From Phoronis australis (Eukaryota; Animalia; Phoronida): a stretch of 64,000 nucleotides of DNA. The translations under genes and the position numbers were made by a program. The DNA lies in the NCBI GenBank assembly GCA_002633005.1, contig NMRA01000527.1, forward strand, positions 62,001 to 126,000, read 5' to 3'. Of this stretch, positions 33,101-42,443 are shown in pieces (position 1 is the stretch's first letter; each line of letters begins with the position of its first letter). The notes under the pieces were generated by a model, which was not told the DNA's origin, did no database searches, and worked only from the letters and a program-made list of their open reading frames with translations.

Positions 33101-36100
33101 ATATGCATTACTCTGGTGATTACCTTCACTTCATAGATTGGCTGACAAGGAACTATCAGTGTCACTGATAGGAATTTGTTGATAAGGATCTTGCCTTAGA
33201 TGACATGTATATTGTGGTCGAGGCAACATTTATATTGTGGTCCAGGCAACATGTATATTGTGGTCAGGTGAATTCAATGGCCAGTTGCTTAATATATGCA
33301 CATATGTGTCACGTTTTTCCCATGTGTGGGTGGGCGCAGGTTGTTACAGACCGGTGCTAATAGCTTTCGGTGCGACAATAGACTGAAGACTGGTTCGAGT
33401 TTATGGCTTTATTAATCTCGACCGTACGTTCACAAGTCTACTCAAACAAAACGTCTGACGTAATGTCTGTTCTATGCTCCAGCCAGTTCTGCGAAGCCTT
33501 GACTTGTGATGAACTTCTGAGACACTTTCAGCAACTCAACTGTAACTCTCTTGTAACTAATTGGTTCTCAACTTTTAACTCTTTAAGTGCTTGACTGACT
33601 AATACAAACCCGTCCTTGTGTATTTGTAGACTAATGCATTGTTCTAGAACTTTTCACCAATTCAAGCTCATTCTAGAACTTTCCGGACTCTACCCAATCA
33701 TTCTACAAACATATACTAGGCTCTAGAATGTTCCAGATTACATTAATCACTCATATGCTAGACTCTTCTAGAATATTCCACACTATTCTGTAGTAAACAA
33801 ATTACATCATCACTGTGCTGACCTCAGGGGTCATGTCAATCAATAACACAAACAGAACAATAGAGCAAAATAATAAAGCTACGAACAGTGTCAGTCCTAA
33901 CAATATGATTGTCCGTTCCAAACACTAGGACAAGTGCGTTTGCATTATGGGAGACTGCCCAACACACATATACTTAATGTGTGTATGATAGTTGAGTTAT
34001 GCAGTTTACACTAGTGGAACTATTTTGGCTAACCAGAATAATTATAGATCTTGAATTTATTGGAAATTTTGAGAGCAAGCCTCAGCAGCCCATCGCCCAT
34101 TTTCTCGCCCACATGAGCACTGTTTCTGAAAGAATCTGTTTATTTAAATAAAATTTGCTAATCAAAAATTGTATTTTCAAAGTGTAGTAATTTTTTGAAT
34201 CTCAAGATACCTTTCAAAATGTTTTCCATGGTAAAATTGCCCATTTCCATGAAATTTGAAAATTGGATAATTATTACTTAAAAGTGTGTGTGATTGTAAT
34301 TCAAAATCTGTTTTTCTTGACAGCAGAAAATTACTGGGCAAAGGAGTGTAGTATGTTTGTATTTCAGGACTGACTGTTTGTTTAGTCCAGACGACAGTAT
34401 GGTTGTAACTGGGCTCTCCGTTGCCAAAGGAGAAGACAGTGGCAAACTGATCTTCCTAGATAGAACGAATCTCACAAGGCTGGCTGAGCTAAATGTGTCT
34501 TCATCTGTGAGTGGTGCTGCTTTTGAAATACTTTAAGTAAACTAGCAGTATTTTTGTTTTAATACCAACTTTTAGAAACCCCCTGTTTGTTTTTGATTAA
34601 GTTTTGAAAATGCATTACGGTCTAAGTATCAGCATCACCTTGTTGAGAATTAATTATCTTTAAACTGACATTGCATTTGTGTACTACATTTCTAATTGGT
34701 TGCCTCTAAAGTAGGAGCTAAATGTGTGGTTGATTATCTTCTGGCTAATGTGAAATGGGAATGTATAATTTTACGGTAGTTAAACTCCAGATTCCGTTAA
34801 GTTTATTTTCTGAATAGCATTTGATGTAAATTGAATGCAAAATGGGAATCGTATGATTATTTTCAAAAAGATTGCTTAACAGTGAGCATGGTCTTGTAAC
34901 ACTGCAGAGTGTGGTACGCTGTGTATGGCATCCCAAGTTGAACCAAATCGCCGTAGGATGTGGAGATGGACAAGTGAAGGTGTTCTATGATCCAGACAGG
35001 AGCTTTAGGTAAATAGTTAGTAAATTTAAAATCCCATGCAGAGTCCTTTTCCATTTTCTTTTTATTGGCCTGATCACTTTTATTGCTTGATAGTAATGCC
35101 TGTACATGTTCAAATAAATGATCGTATCAAGAAAAAGTACTATAAGCAAGAATTATTAGTCTTCATACACGCCATATGTTGGTTATATCGCAATACCATG
35201 TCAACGCACTGATTTATAACAACACAAGAAAAAATTATGTTTCAGCACACTTTTGTAGAGCGGCTTAAATTTGTTCATGGGTTATTCGCTGTCTTCCAGG
35301 TTTCTTAGTAAGTCAAACCTGCATTCCAGATTTTATGCAGCTGATTTGTAGAACCAGCATACTCCACTACCAGGCCATACTAATTCAGTTGTCTTTCACC
35401 TCCAAAACTGGTTATGCATGGGGTTTTGAATCCTGAGACTGATTAAGATGAGCGTTCACTATCATGTAGCACTGTGTATAATCTAGCTTGACCCTTTCTC
35501 ACTGTGTGGTCATTGTTACAGAGGCGCCAAGCTGTGCGTGGTGAAGACCAAGAGGAAAGTGCAGCAAGCAGAGTTTGTCCGTGCTGACCACATTATTACA
35601 CGTGAGTAAACCTTTCCTAAAGGAAACCTTTCCTTTATCATTGGTTGTTTCATCTCGTGACTTAATCAAACCTTTTTTCACTGATTCACACAAACCCCTG
35701 GGTAGAGAATTGAGCATATCTGTTGTACATGACGGTATACATTGACTATATGTGACGTGATTTACAGCAGCTGCTGTTTATGCCTCAATAAAGGTTGATT
35801 TAGTTGGGCAATTGGTTGATTTCCTAAAAACTAATTGCAGCGCCGATCTTTGATTTGGTTAGAAAATTTGACTTGTCTTCCAAAATTGTTGGCGACTGCA
35901 AGGGGACTAGTGAGATTCATTTCTGACGTTTGAATGGTTTGGCGTAGGACATTTTTTTATTAACCCTCTTTGACACCATTGCAGCATATGCATTGCCCAT
36001 GTTCCGCGAAAGTCGACAGAAGAGCACACGGAAACAGCTGGAGAAAGATCGCAAGGATCCCATCAAGTCTAAACAGCCAGAAAAACCAGTCAAAGGCATG

Positions 36101-37576
36101 GGTAAGGTTCAAATTGCTTCCTTTTACCTATGGTTTAAAGTAGGTCTGCTAGATATCAATGTATTCAATGCGTATTGAGTACAAACAAATTCATACTAAC
36201 ACCTTTTTAAGTATCTGTTTTCTTAGTGGAACCAAAAAATCAACATTTATGTGATAGTTATGGCCTGAAAGTGTTTGCAAAGATAACTAGTTTGCTATTT
36301 CATAGTCTGAGAGACATTATAAAATAAAGCAAGTAAAATGTTGTGACCACTTCTAAATGTTCGTTTTGGGACTAATGCAGAGAACGTGATTTAATTTTTT
36401 ATCAGTATTTTATGATCTTGTCACCAAAACTTGCAAAATTTGTTGTTTATCTTTTAGTAAATTGGAAACTGCAGATCCCAAAAACTGTTTTGTGTTACAG
36501 CCCGTCATGGTCGCATTGGTGCTCATGGCGCTACCTTGAGTCAGTATGTATCGAAACAGATCAGTATACGGAAACCAGATGAGCGAGACAAAGACCCACG
36601 TGCTGCCATTTTAAGGCATGCCGAAGACGCGGCTAAGAACCCCTACTGGGTTGATCCGGCGTACAAACAGTAAGTAGAATATGACATGAATAGTGCAGAA
36701 TTAAGGAAGGAGTAGTGTTCGTTGATCACGCCAGTCTGGTGACTCTGCTGCCACCTGGCTGTCTATGGAGGTACTTCAATCTACAGTCAGTGACACAGAA
36801 ACACACCAGTTACTTTATGTAATGCGGAATATTGTTTCAGTGACTAGAGATACACTCAGGCACTGTGTACCAAAGTTTTACCTAGTAAATACTACGTTGA
36901 GTAAATACAATGCGATCCAAGACCCTGTAGGTGAATAGCAATGGCCATTTTCAACTCCATGAAGTCAGCGACCATTGCTTCACAAGTATTGTTGTCTTAC
37001 ACATGCACCAGCAGGATTATGGAAGTTATTGTGACTTATCTAGCCATTATTACGGCTTGTCTGTTAAATGTGTTCACAAGAATCAAGTTTACGATGCTAT
37101 GTTATGGAACATGTAGCAATATCTATCCTACATCTACTATGGTTGTGGTGTGGTTATTATGAATTATGAAATATTTTTTAATTTCACTTTCCCCAAGAAA
37201 CATCTTGCTTCTGCTGCCCTTACTCATACCATGAAATGTAAAATAGTGGTATTTGAATGTATTATGGTTTTTTACTTAAATGCACCTAAAAAAATCAGAG
37301 GCACTATAAAAATGCTGGCTTCGCCGTGTAAAACACAAAAATTTGTGCAATATACATTTGATTGTCCACAATAAAATTTTCATGCTGGAATCAGTTAGTA
37401 TTAAAAATTTCAATTCGATATTTTCATGCTGGAATCATTTAGTATTAAAAATTTCAATTCGTTCACGATTCACTTTTTACAATTTCAGAAGCCAGCCAAA
37501 TCAGATTTTCCAAGACCCTGAGGAAGAAAAGAATAGTGATGATGAAGAACCATCATGGAAGAAAATGAAGATATAA
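18142..37576 (+). CDS. WDR70: WD repeat-containing protein 70, 18 coding exons
   Basis: Exons 18142-18163, 22903-22989, 23341-23406, 24111-24136, 25148-25312, 27684-27737, 28222-28355, 28917-29070, 30189-30265, 31308-31500, 32209-32308, 32836-32920, 34368-34506, 34908-35008, 35522-35601, 35985-36101, 36501-36669 and 37489-37576 join in frame. WDR70 hallmarks: KKARTFDFMAMFEESRRTA, acidic IGPPVP, HGTKTVSALSMDPSGARL, KFWDFAGMD, WHPKLNQI, ALPMFRE, DPRAAILRHAEDAAKNPYWV. Confidence 0.95.
18360..19895. repeat. Old long inverted repeat / fold-back element in WDR70 intron 1
   Basis: Arms ~18360-18770 and ~19510-19895 pair, e.g. acgctgggttctta / taagaacccagcgt and cacttttttgtgc / gcacaaaaaagtg. Confidence 0.65.
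19204..19345 (+). mobile_element. tRNA-derived SINE
   Basis: A box TAGCTGAATGG and B box GGTTCGATCCC at tRNA-like spacing. Confidence 0.65.
20490..20761. mobile_element. Right-end fragment of the 6418-7894 family
   Basis: gttttcgccctgggat..cacaattttctg..gatcgtaattt.. matches 7640-7800 and ends gcgcttattagggcaaatatgg|ta. Confidence 0.75.
20939..21421. mobile_element. MITE with ~120-bp TIRs
   Basis: ctataggtgcttcatatgccggaagctttt..aattatgcctcgcact is inverted relative to agtgcgaggcataatt..aaaagcttccggcgtatgaagcacctatag. Confidence 0.8.
22903..22989 (+). CDS. WDR70: WDR70 exon 2
   Basis: EKKARTFDFMAMFEESRRTAIDRSQRVL. Confidence 0.92.
23341..23406 (+). CDS. WDR70: WDR70 exon 3
   Basis: AEREQETVVSEPSPAQVSLNKQ; ttctag acceptor, gtaata donor; phase-compatible. 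Confidence 0.75.
24111..24136 (+). CDS. WDR70: WDR70 exon 4 (26-nt microexon)
   Basis: tttttcag acceptor, gtaatt donor; DEVQKNTPK; converts phase 1 to phase 0, as exon 5 requires. Confidence 0.7.
24260..24822. mobile_element. MITE with 10-bp TSD (MULE-like)
   Basis: TIR ctcgctggttccctgcgtgc / gcacgcagggaaccagcgag; TSD TCCTATTAGG at 24250-24259 and 24823-24832. Confidence 0.85.
25148..25312 (+). CDS. WDR70: WDR70 exon 5 (acidic, IGPPVP x2)
   Basis: DDEDDDDFIGPPVP...DEEEDEDDNSI. Confidence 0.92.
25305..26172 (+). repeat. ~230-bp direct duplication (25305-25540 and 25938-26172) containing (AAT)n/GGT low-complexity repeats
   Basis: Both copies run acagtattgtaagtaa.ttattgaattatgg...gaggttcggtggcttattgacaatgaataaatct. 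Confidence 0.85.
26214..27096. mobile_element. Kolobok-like non-autonomous element with ~290-bp TIRs
   Basis: TTAA at both ends, AGG terminus, long near-perfect inverted arms, internal CxxC..C..W transposase-like relic. Confidence 0.8.
27684..27737 (+). CDS. WDR70: WDR70 exon 6
   Basis: EKRIPSTNEIILEHGTKT. Confidence 0.92.
28222..28355 (+). CDS. WDR70: WDR70 exon 7
   Basis: VSALSMDPSGARLVAGGFDYEMKFWDFAGMDASLQSFRGLRPCE. Confidence 0.95.
28339..28605 (+). repeat. ~69-bp minisatellite, about 4 copies
   Basis: tgaaaggtaggctaaggttggaagcagggaataatattatctg..gatggtta repeated. Confidence 0.85.
28917..29070 (+). CDS. WDR70: WDR70 exon 8
   Basis: YPLRSIQYSTTGDTILVVAGNSQAKVLDRDGFEKVECKKGDMYVTDMARTT. 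Confidence 0.95.
29538..29852. mobile_element. GC-tipped MITE (CA.NGGCGGAT...ATCCGCCNCTG type)
   Basis: cataggcggatttaggggggg ... cccc..cctagatctgccactg. Confidence 0.6.
30189..30265 (+). CDS. WDR70: WDR70 exon 9
   Basis: GHCAMLNSGCWHPKNRQEFMTCSND. Confidence 0.95.
30691..31190. mobile_element. Head-to-head pair of tRNA-headed SINE-like elements with degenerate hammerhead-like tails
   Basis: Arms ~30760-30967 and 30979-31190 are inverted around an 11-nt spacer. A box TGGCCCAGTGG, B box GTTCAAAC, CTGAAGA...GAAAC on minus, and the tail is tandemly duplicated at 30691-30760. Confidence 0.7.
31308..31500 (+). CDS. WDR70: WDR70 exon 10
   Basis: TIRTWDI...PTTCSYSPDGRYMAAACQDGSIQVWD. Confidence 0.95.
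31820..31916 (-). mobile_element. Penelope-like element terminal fragment with minimal hammerhead-like motif
   Basis: Minus strand TTGAGAAT-GGTTTAT-agtga-ATAAACC-GAAACGTCGG. Confidence 0.55.
32209..32308 (+). CDS. WDR70: WDR70 exon 11
   Basis: VNTVFLNRQAHMDGSETSCLCFSYDGRTLASRG. Confidence 0.95.
32836..32920 (+). CDS. WDR70: WDR70 exon 12
   Basis: GDDTLKLWDLRKFTEPL. Confidence 0.95.
33342..33902 (-). mobile_element. Solo-LTR-like element with heat-shock-element array
   Basis: TGTTA...TAACA termini, minus-strand AATAAA near 33407, four (T/C)TCTAGAA-type units at 33641-33780; no TSD recognised. Confidence 0.55.
34368..34506 (+). CDS. WDR70: WDR70 exon 13
   Basis: TDCLFSPDDSMVVTGLS...GKLIFLDR. 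Confidence 0.95.
34908..35008 (+). CDS. WDR70: WDR70 exon 14
   Basis: SVVRCVWHPKLNQIAVGCGDGQVKVFYDPDRSF. Confidence 0.95.
35522..35601 (+). CDS. WDR70: WDR70 exon 15
   Basis: RGAKLCVVKTKRKVQQAEFVRADHIIT. Confidence 0.95.
35985..36101 (+). CDS. WDR70: WDR70 exon 16
   Basis: PYALPMFRESRQKSTRKQLEKDRKDPIKSKQPEKPVKGM. Confidence 0.95.
36501..36669 (+). CDS. WDR70: WDR70 exon 17
   Basis: GRIGAHGATLSQYV...DPRAAILRHAEDAAKNPYWVDPAYK. Confidence 0.95.
37489..37576 (+). CDS. WDR70: WDR70 last coding exon
   Basis: SQPNQIFQDPEEEKNSDDEEPSWKKMKI*. Confidence 0.93.
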
Positions 37577-37951
37577 AACCCAATATTTGTCTTACCTGGC
37601 CATAAGGGACACTTTCAAGAATGATCTTGTTAAGTTTGCTTATATGTTAATGCGTAGAACATGATACAGTTTGGATTTCTGTTAACAACTATGTGCGGTA
37701 TTCTTAACGAAACTCACTTATGACTCAATATTACAGAACTTATTTAATAAGCTTTTATGCACCCTTGTTATGTGGTTGCATATTGCTGTTTTCTTTGTCT
37801 TTTTGTCGGGCATCCTCTGTTTAATCTGCTAATCCCTTTCATGAAGTTTGGCATGTATTCAGTGAAGCTGACAAGAAATTCAACAAGTTTCAAATCGAAA
37901 TTGAGAGCATGGCTGTAGTTATTTTTGGATAATTCTGGTGCGATTACTGAG

Positions 37952-37965
37952 GCACCCCCTAGTGG
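37952..37965. promoter_or_regulatory. CTCF-like motif between convergent WDR70 and ALG2
   Basis: Reverse CCACTAGGGGGTGC matches the CTCF core consensus. Confidence 0.45.
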
Positions 37966-38369
37966 CAAGTTGTTACATGTGCCTTAAGAGTTACCAAGCT
38001 GTTTTCATGGATCTTAATGAAAGTGTGACCTGTGCGTTCCTAATCAGGAGAGATGTTGATTTTGTTTGGAAAATGAGTACCTTCTGTAATGATCATGGTT
38101 GGTGTATACCAACGCTTTGCATTGCTCTTGTATGTAACAAGGACAAAATTAAGCATAGTTTACTGTTGTTCCAAGTTGCAAGAGTATTTTGTCTTGCAAT
38201 CTCATGATTGTCTGTATTTGTAATCGCTTCATGAATTATATTTATATTTAATAACAAAATTTACTCAAAGTCCTTTTGTTATAGCTTTATTTCTGCAGAT
38301 TCAGATAATTGAAGACTAGTTTTAAATATGACCCACATGACTTGCTAAATCTACACGTTATTCCACTAC

Positions 38370-38884
38370 TCACAAGCCCTCTGTTAACTTTTCAACAACA
38401 CGATGTAACTGTTTTGTGAACGCGTCAAACGAAAACTTCTCAACAACTCTCTTATGCCCAGCAACACCAAATTGTTCTCTCAAATTTTCATCACTGACAA
38501 TTTTCAACATTGCATCTGCAAAACTCTTTTCATTTGCATCACACAGGAAGCCAGTATTGCCGTCAGCAACGGTTTCCAATGGTCCCCCACTGTTAACCAC
38601 AATAACGGGGCACTTCATAAACATGGCCTCCACTGGAACAATACCAAAGTGCTCTTTGTCTGGTGTATACAGTAAACATGAGCTGTATTTGAGCAGAGTT
38701 CTCTTCTGTGAGTCACTGAATGAACGGAGAAAACTGACACAGTCATTGAGATCTAGTTTGTCGGCGAGGCGACGCAGTTCCAAGTAATGGTCTACATTTT
38801 CTGTCACCCGCTCGTCATATCCTCCAGCCATTATTAGATGAATGTCTTTAAACACCTCCGGTTTTACCAGATCTTTCAACGTAC
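38370..38884 (-). CDS. ALG2: ALG2 exon 3
   Basis: [12 protein letters not shown]...[11 protein letters not shown]...KLTEGL*. Confidence 0.95.
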
Positions 38885-41800
38885 CTGCAACAGGAAATAA
38901 ATTTCAGAAACAGATTCCAGAGCATCACGACTACATTACAATTTGCATAAATCGGATCCAACTGGACCGAGATATTTTATCTGGAGTAAGGCGAACTTCC
39001 GACTTATCTGAAGGTCAAGTGCACAAATAAGAACAACTATTCTGCCAAGCTTTGTTCAAAATAAGTGAAAATCCAATCCGGGCATATTTGACTTATCTGG
39101 GCTTTATTGTATATTGGCTATAAGGATTTCATGTTGCTCATTTCAAAATACTTAAGGTTACGTATACCCCTCACACACACAAATATATACTGTGTATATA
39201 TACTGTATATATATATATTTTTATGCTGGCTTTATCTTAAAATATCTAAGTAAGTAGCCGTTGTCAACCCATGGAAGTATATATTTTCTGATAGAACAAG
39301 TAAAAAAATTTGTCAACCTCATTTACTGTGCCACTATTGTGGTCACACGAGTCTGTATTTTGTGTGAAAGACGTGTTGTAGTAAGAGGTAAAACAAACGT
39401 TCTGATACTGGAGGTACCCCACAAATGCTCTCCATCACAAAACCACAGCCCCACCCAGTCCTCACAGATTCTCACTCTCCCTATAAGTCATTCCACACTG
39501 CCCGCTGGCCGGCAAGAGTTATGGCCGACAAACCACCTAGCTATAACAGCAAATCGCACATATTTGCAATGATCATAGCCATTGATTGCTTTTCACTTGA
39601 CAGCGACAATGAATCGTCTCATATGCCCTTGTCTAAATGTATATACATAAGCCAGTCATCCACATCATACTACTCTCGAGCAAGTAAACACAGCAAACAA
39701 CATTCACTGCCAGTTACCACTTGCGCAAAATAAAAAATTTTAATCTCTACCCATGTCTCTTCAATATCAAATCCACGTAAAACCTCAAATACTTGTGTTC
39801 GTTTTTTACTATAATTTAATGCATAATGTAAGTGCTGCTGAACATCGCATTAAAGAAAACCTGCAGACATTCACAAATACAATATATTGTCCATTAAATT
39901 GGGTTCTTTCAATAACACTCTCCGATCATTCTTTTTACAGGTTTTAAAAAGCCCCTATAAACCATTTCTGGTGTTGATACATCTACTCCGTCTTCACACT
40001 CAAGCAGATTTGATTTCAAAAAGTATTGTCATCGCATTCTGATCCTTTAATGGAATTGAAATTAATAGTCTGGAAGTCTACTTAAAAAATACACAACTAA
40101 ACAGCTGCGACAAGCAAGCTAGTGGGCTCAGGCTGAAGCAAAGAACAACCACATCAGTTCTTGTCAAGTTTAGAAAACATTTCTAATCTGAGTAAGAAAC
40201 AAAATGGAACCGTTTCATTGCACAGTAATAAGTGACTAAATCAAAAGTTGGTTTCTGACAGAAAGAGTAGACTTTCTGCACCTTTATGTAACCGGAAATG
40301 GACAAACTATAAAATGAAACACCATTGTTACTTGGATGTGCCCCTGCTACAAAAAGCCCTTAAAAGGGTGAACCATCACCCTCAACAGAAAGTACAACCA
40401 GATTTCTGTCATATGTGCGGCACTGCTTATCAGAGACTCAAAACAGAGTAACGCCAAGATCTCAACCTTACCTAGTGCTTTTATTGCAAGAGGCAAGTTC
40501 TTTTTTCTTTCATATCTGTTGATGGACAAAAAAACAATCTTGTTACTGGGCATCAGATCGTCAGTCGGTGGTTCTATAGGTTTGCCAAACGACGAGAAGT
40601 CGGGAATAGGATACAGAACCTCTGGCTTCACATCACAAAGGGACTTGAAGGTTTCTTTGAATATACCACCTGTAGAATTAACAGAAGAGTATGTTGCAAT
40701 AGCTCCACCTACTAGAGCAATGTATGGGCGAAGCAGGAGCCTATTCCGTAACTTAACAAGGCAACAGTCATGCTTTTGAAGCATTACTTTTTGCAAGCGA
40801 CGTTGGCTAACATATTGAGCTTGGTACAAATGTGCTTTTCCAAATTTTAAAAATCACGAGTTTTCTTAGCACTGAACAAGTCAACACCCATTTAACAGTG
40901 GTAAATAGTCAAATTCAAGACTTAAAGCGACTGTAAATCAACCTTGTATCGTAAAAATTAACTTTTGATTTACAGTAGATCACTTATTTTAATGTGAAAG
41001 TGGTCTCAAATTACCCCCCCCCCTCAAATTATCCCCCCTTCAAATTAGAGGCGATTTCTGGGCTTGAAAAGAACTGACAGTTTGTTAATCGCCACCATTT
41101 TGAGTGACGGCTTAACTGACCATCAGAAGTCATCATTCTTGACACACCTTTGTTTCCAAGCCACCATTTAACCCAACAAATAACATAATGCCGGGTTAAA
41201 CTTATTGTTTGTTAGTCGGCAAATTCGCAAGGGGGCGGAGCTTGCGATAGGTCAACTGCAGAAACAACTCGTCTCAGTTGAGATCAATTTTACAGCAATA
41301 AGTGGTCCAAAAGTAAGTACACTTTTACAACGCGTTTCCAAAACAAAACATGCCTTTTGCTGTTGGGTGCACTGGCACAAAAATCCAATCATATTTGTTT
41401 ACTATTATTCACCGACTTTCGAATATGTTTTGCTAAACAAACACTCATACGTGACAACTGACACATAACTTAATATAACTTACTAGGCTAGATAGCATAA
41501 TCAACATTTTACCAAGTTACAGCAACAACTGCTTAGATTATATGACTATTATCCCGGGACGTCACACCTCAAACAACGGTAGGTGTGGAATGTTTTGAGA
41601 CTACCTCAAAATTTAGTAATGAAATAGGGCAAAAGTTACGTTAACCCTTCTTCTTTTCTGCTGTTGTATTTTGGTCCAAATTTTGGTTCTATTCTTATTT
41701 TCATCTTTGAAGTTGGCCATTTTTGACATGTCAATATAATATATCTCTCAATAAAATTTCAGCAACAAACATTACATTTGTGAATGTTATATTTGTGCAG

Positions 41801-42361
41801 AGATTTGGACAGGAAATCCTAATCAATAATACTATTGCCATAACAGCATTGTCACGCACCTGTAAATTTGCTATTGACAAGGACCACATCAGCCATCCCA
41901 GTGGTTTTCTCCTCCAACCAATCAATTGGCTTTCTGTACATTTTTTTCAACCATCCTTGTCTGCTGGTCAGTAAAAGATCGGGGAAATGGCAGTAAAATA
42001 GAATTTTTCTACCTCTGCCGGACATCTTTAAAACGGGAATGCAAGCTGAAATTTGGTCACAGAAAATCATGTCATATTCAATACCACTGAAGAAAACCAG
42101 GTAAACCGCTGCGTAAATCATTCTGATGTATGCACACAAAGCGTAACACCGTCCCAAAACTGTTCTTGGGAGCCAATCCCCGGCCACTGTGACAGAGAAG
42201 GTGCCGTTTTTCGTCTCGTCAAAACAATGGCTTGGATCATGGTGAGCGGTGATAAAGTGTACACTATGTGCCTGTGACTTTAGGGACAGAGCTGCATCTA
42301 CCATAGCTCTTTCGGCACCACCGATACCTAAGTCTGGGTGAATAAACACAACCCGAACCAT
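38370..42361 (-). CDS. ALG2: Alpha-1,3/1,6-mannosyltransferase ALG2, 3 coding exons
   Basis: Exons 42361-41860, 40669-40472 and 38884-38370 join in frame. ALG2 motifs: [96 protein letters not shown]. Confidence 0.97.
40472..40669 (-). CDS. ALG2: ALG2 exon 2
   Basis: [11 protein letters not shown]...PEVLYP...[20 protein letters not shown]; ctacag acceptor, gtaagg donor. Confidence 0.95.
41860..42361 (-). CDS. ALG2: ALG2 exon 1
   Basis: aa[21 protein letters not shown]...VNSKFT; gtgcgt donor. Confidence 0.95.
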
Positions 42362-42430
42362 TTCATCAGACAAGTGGCACAGGAAAATATAAATTTTGTC
42401 TCAGAAGCCTGAAGAGTAGAGACAGCGTCA

Positions 42431-42443
42431 GCGCCACCTGGCG
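42431..42443. promoter_or_regulatory. CTCF-like motif upstream of ALG2
   Basis: gcgccacctggcg (reverse CGCCAGGTGGCGC), 70 bp upstream of the ATG. Confidence 0.45.

Noticed and set aside
38416-42277. Plus-strand ORFs at 38416, 38454, 40519 and 42053
   Set aside because: Antisense shadows of ALG2 exons.
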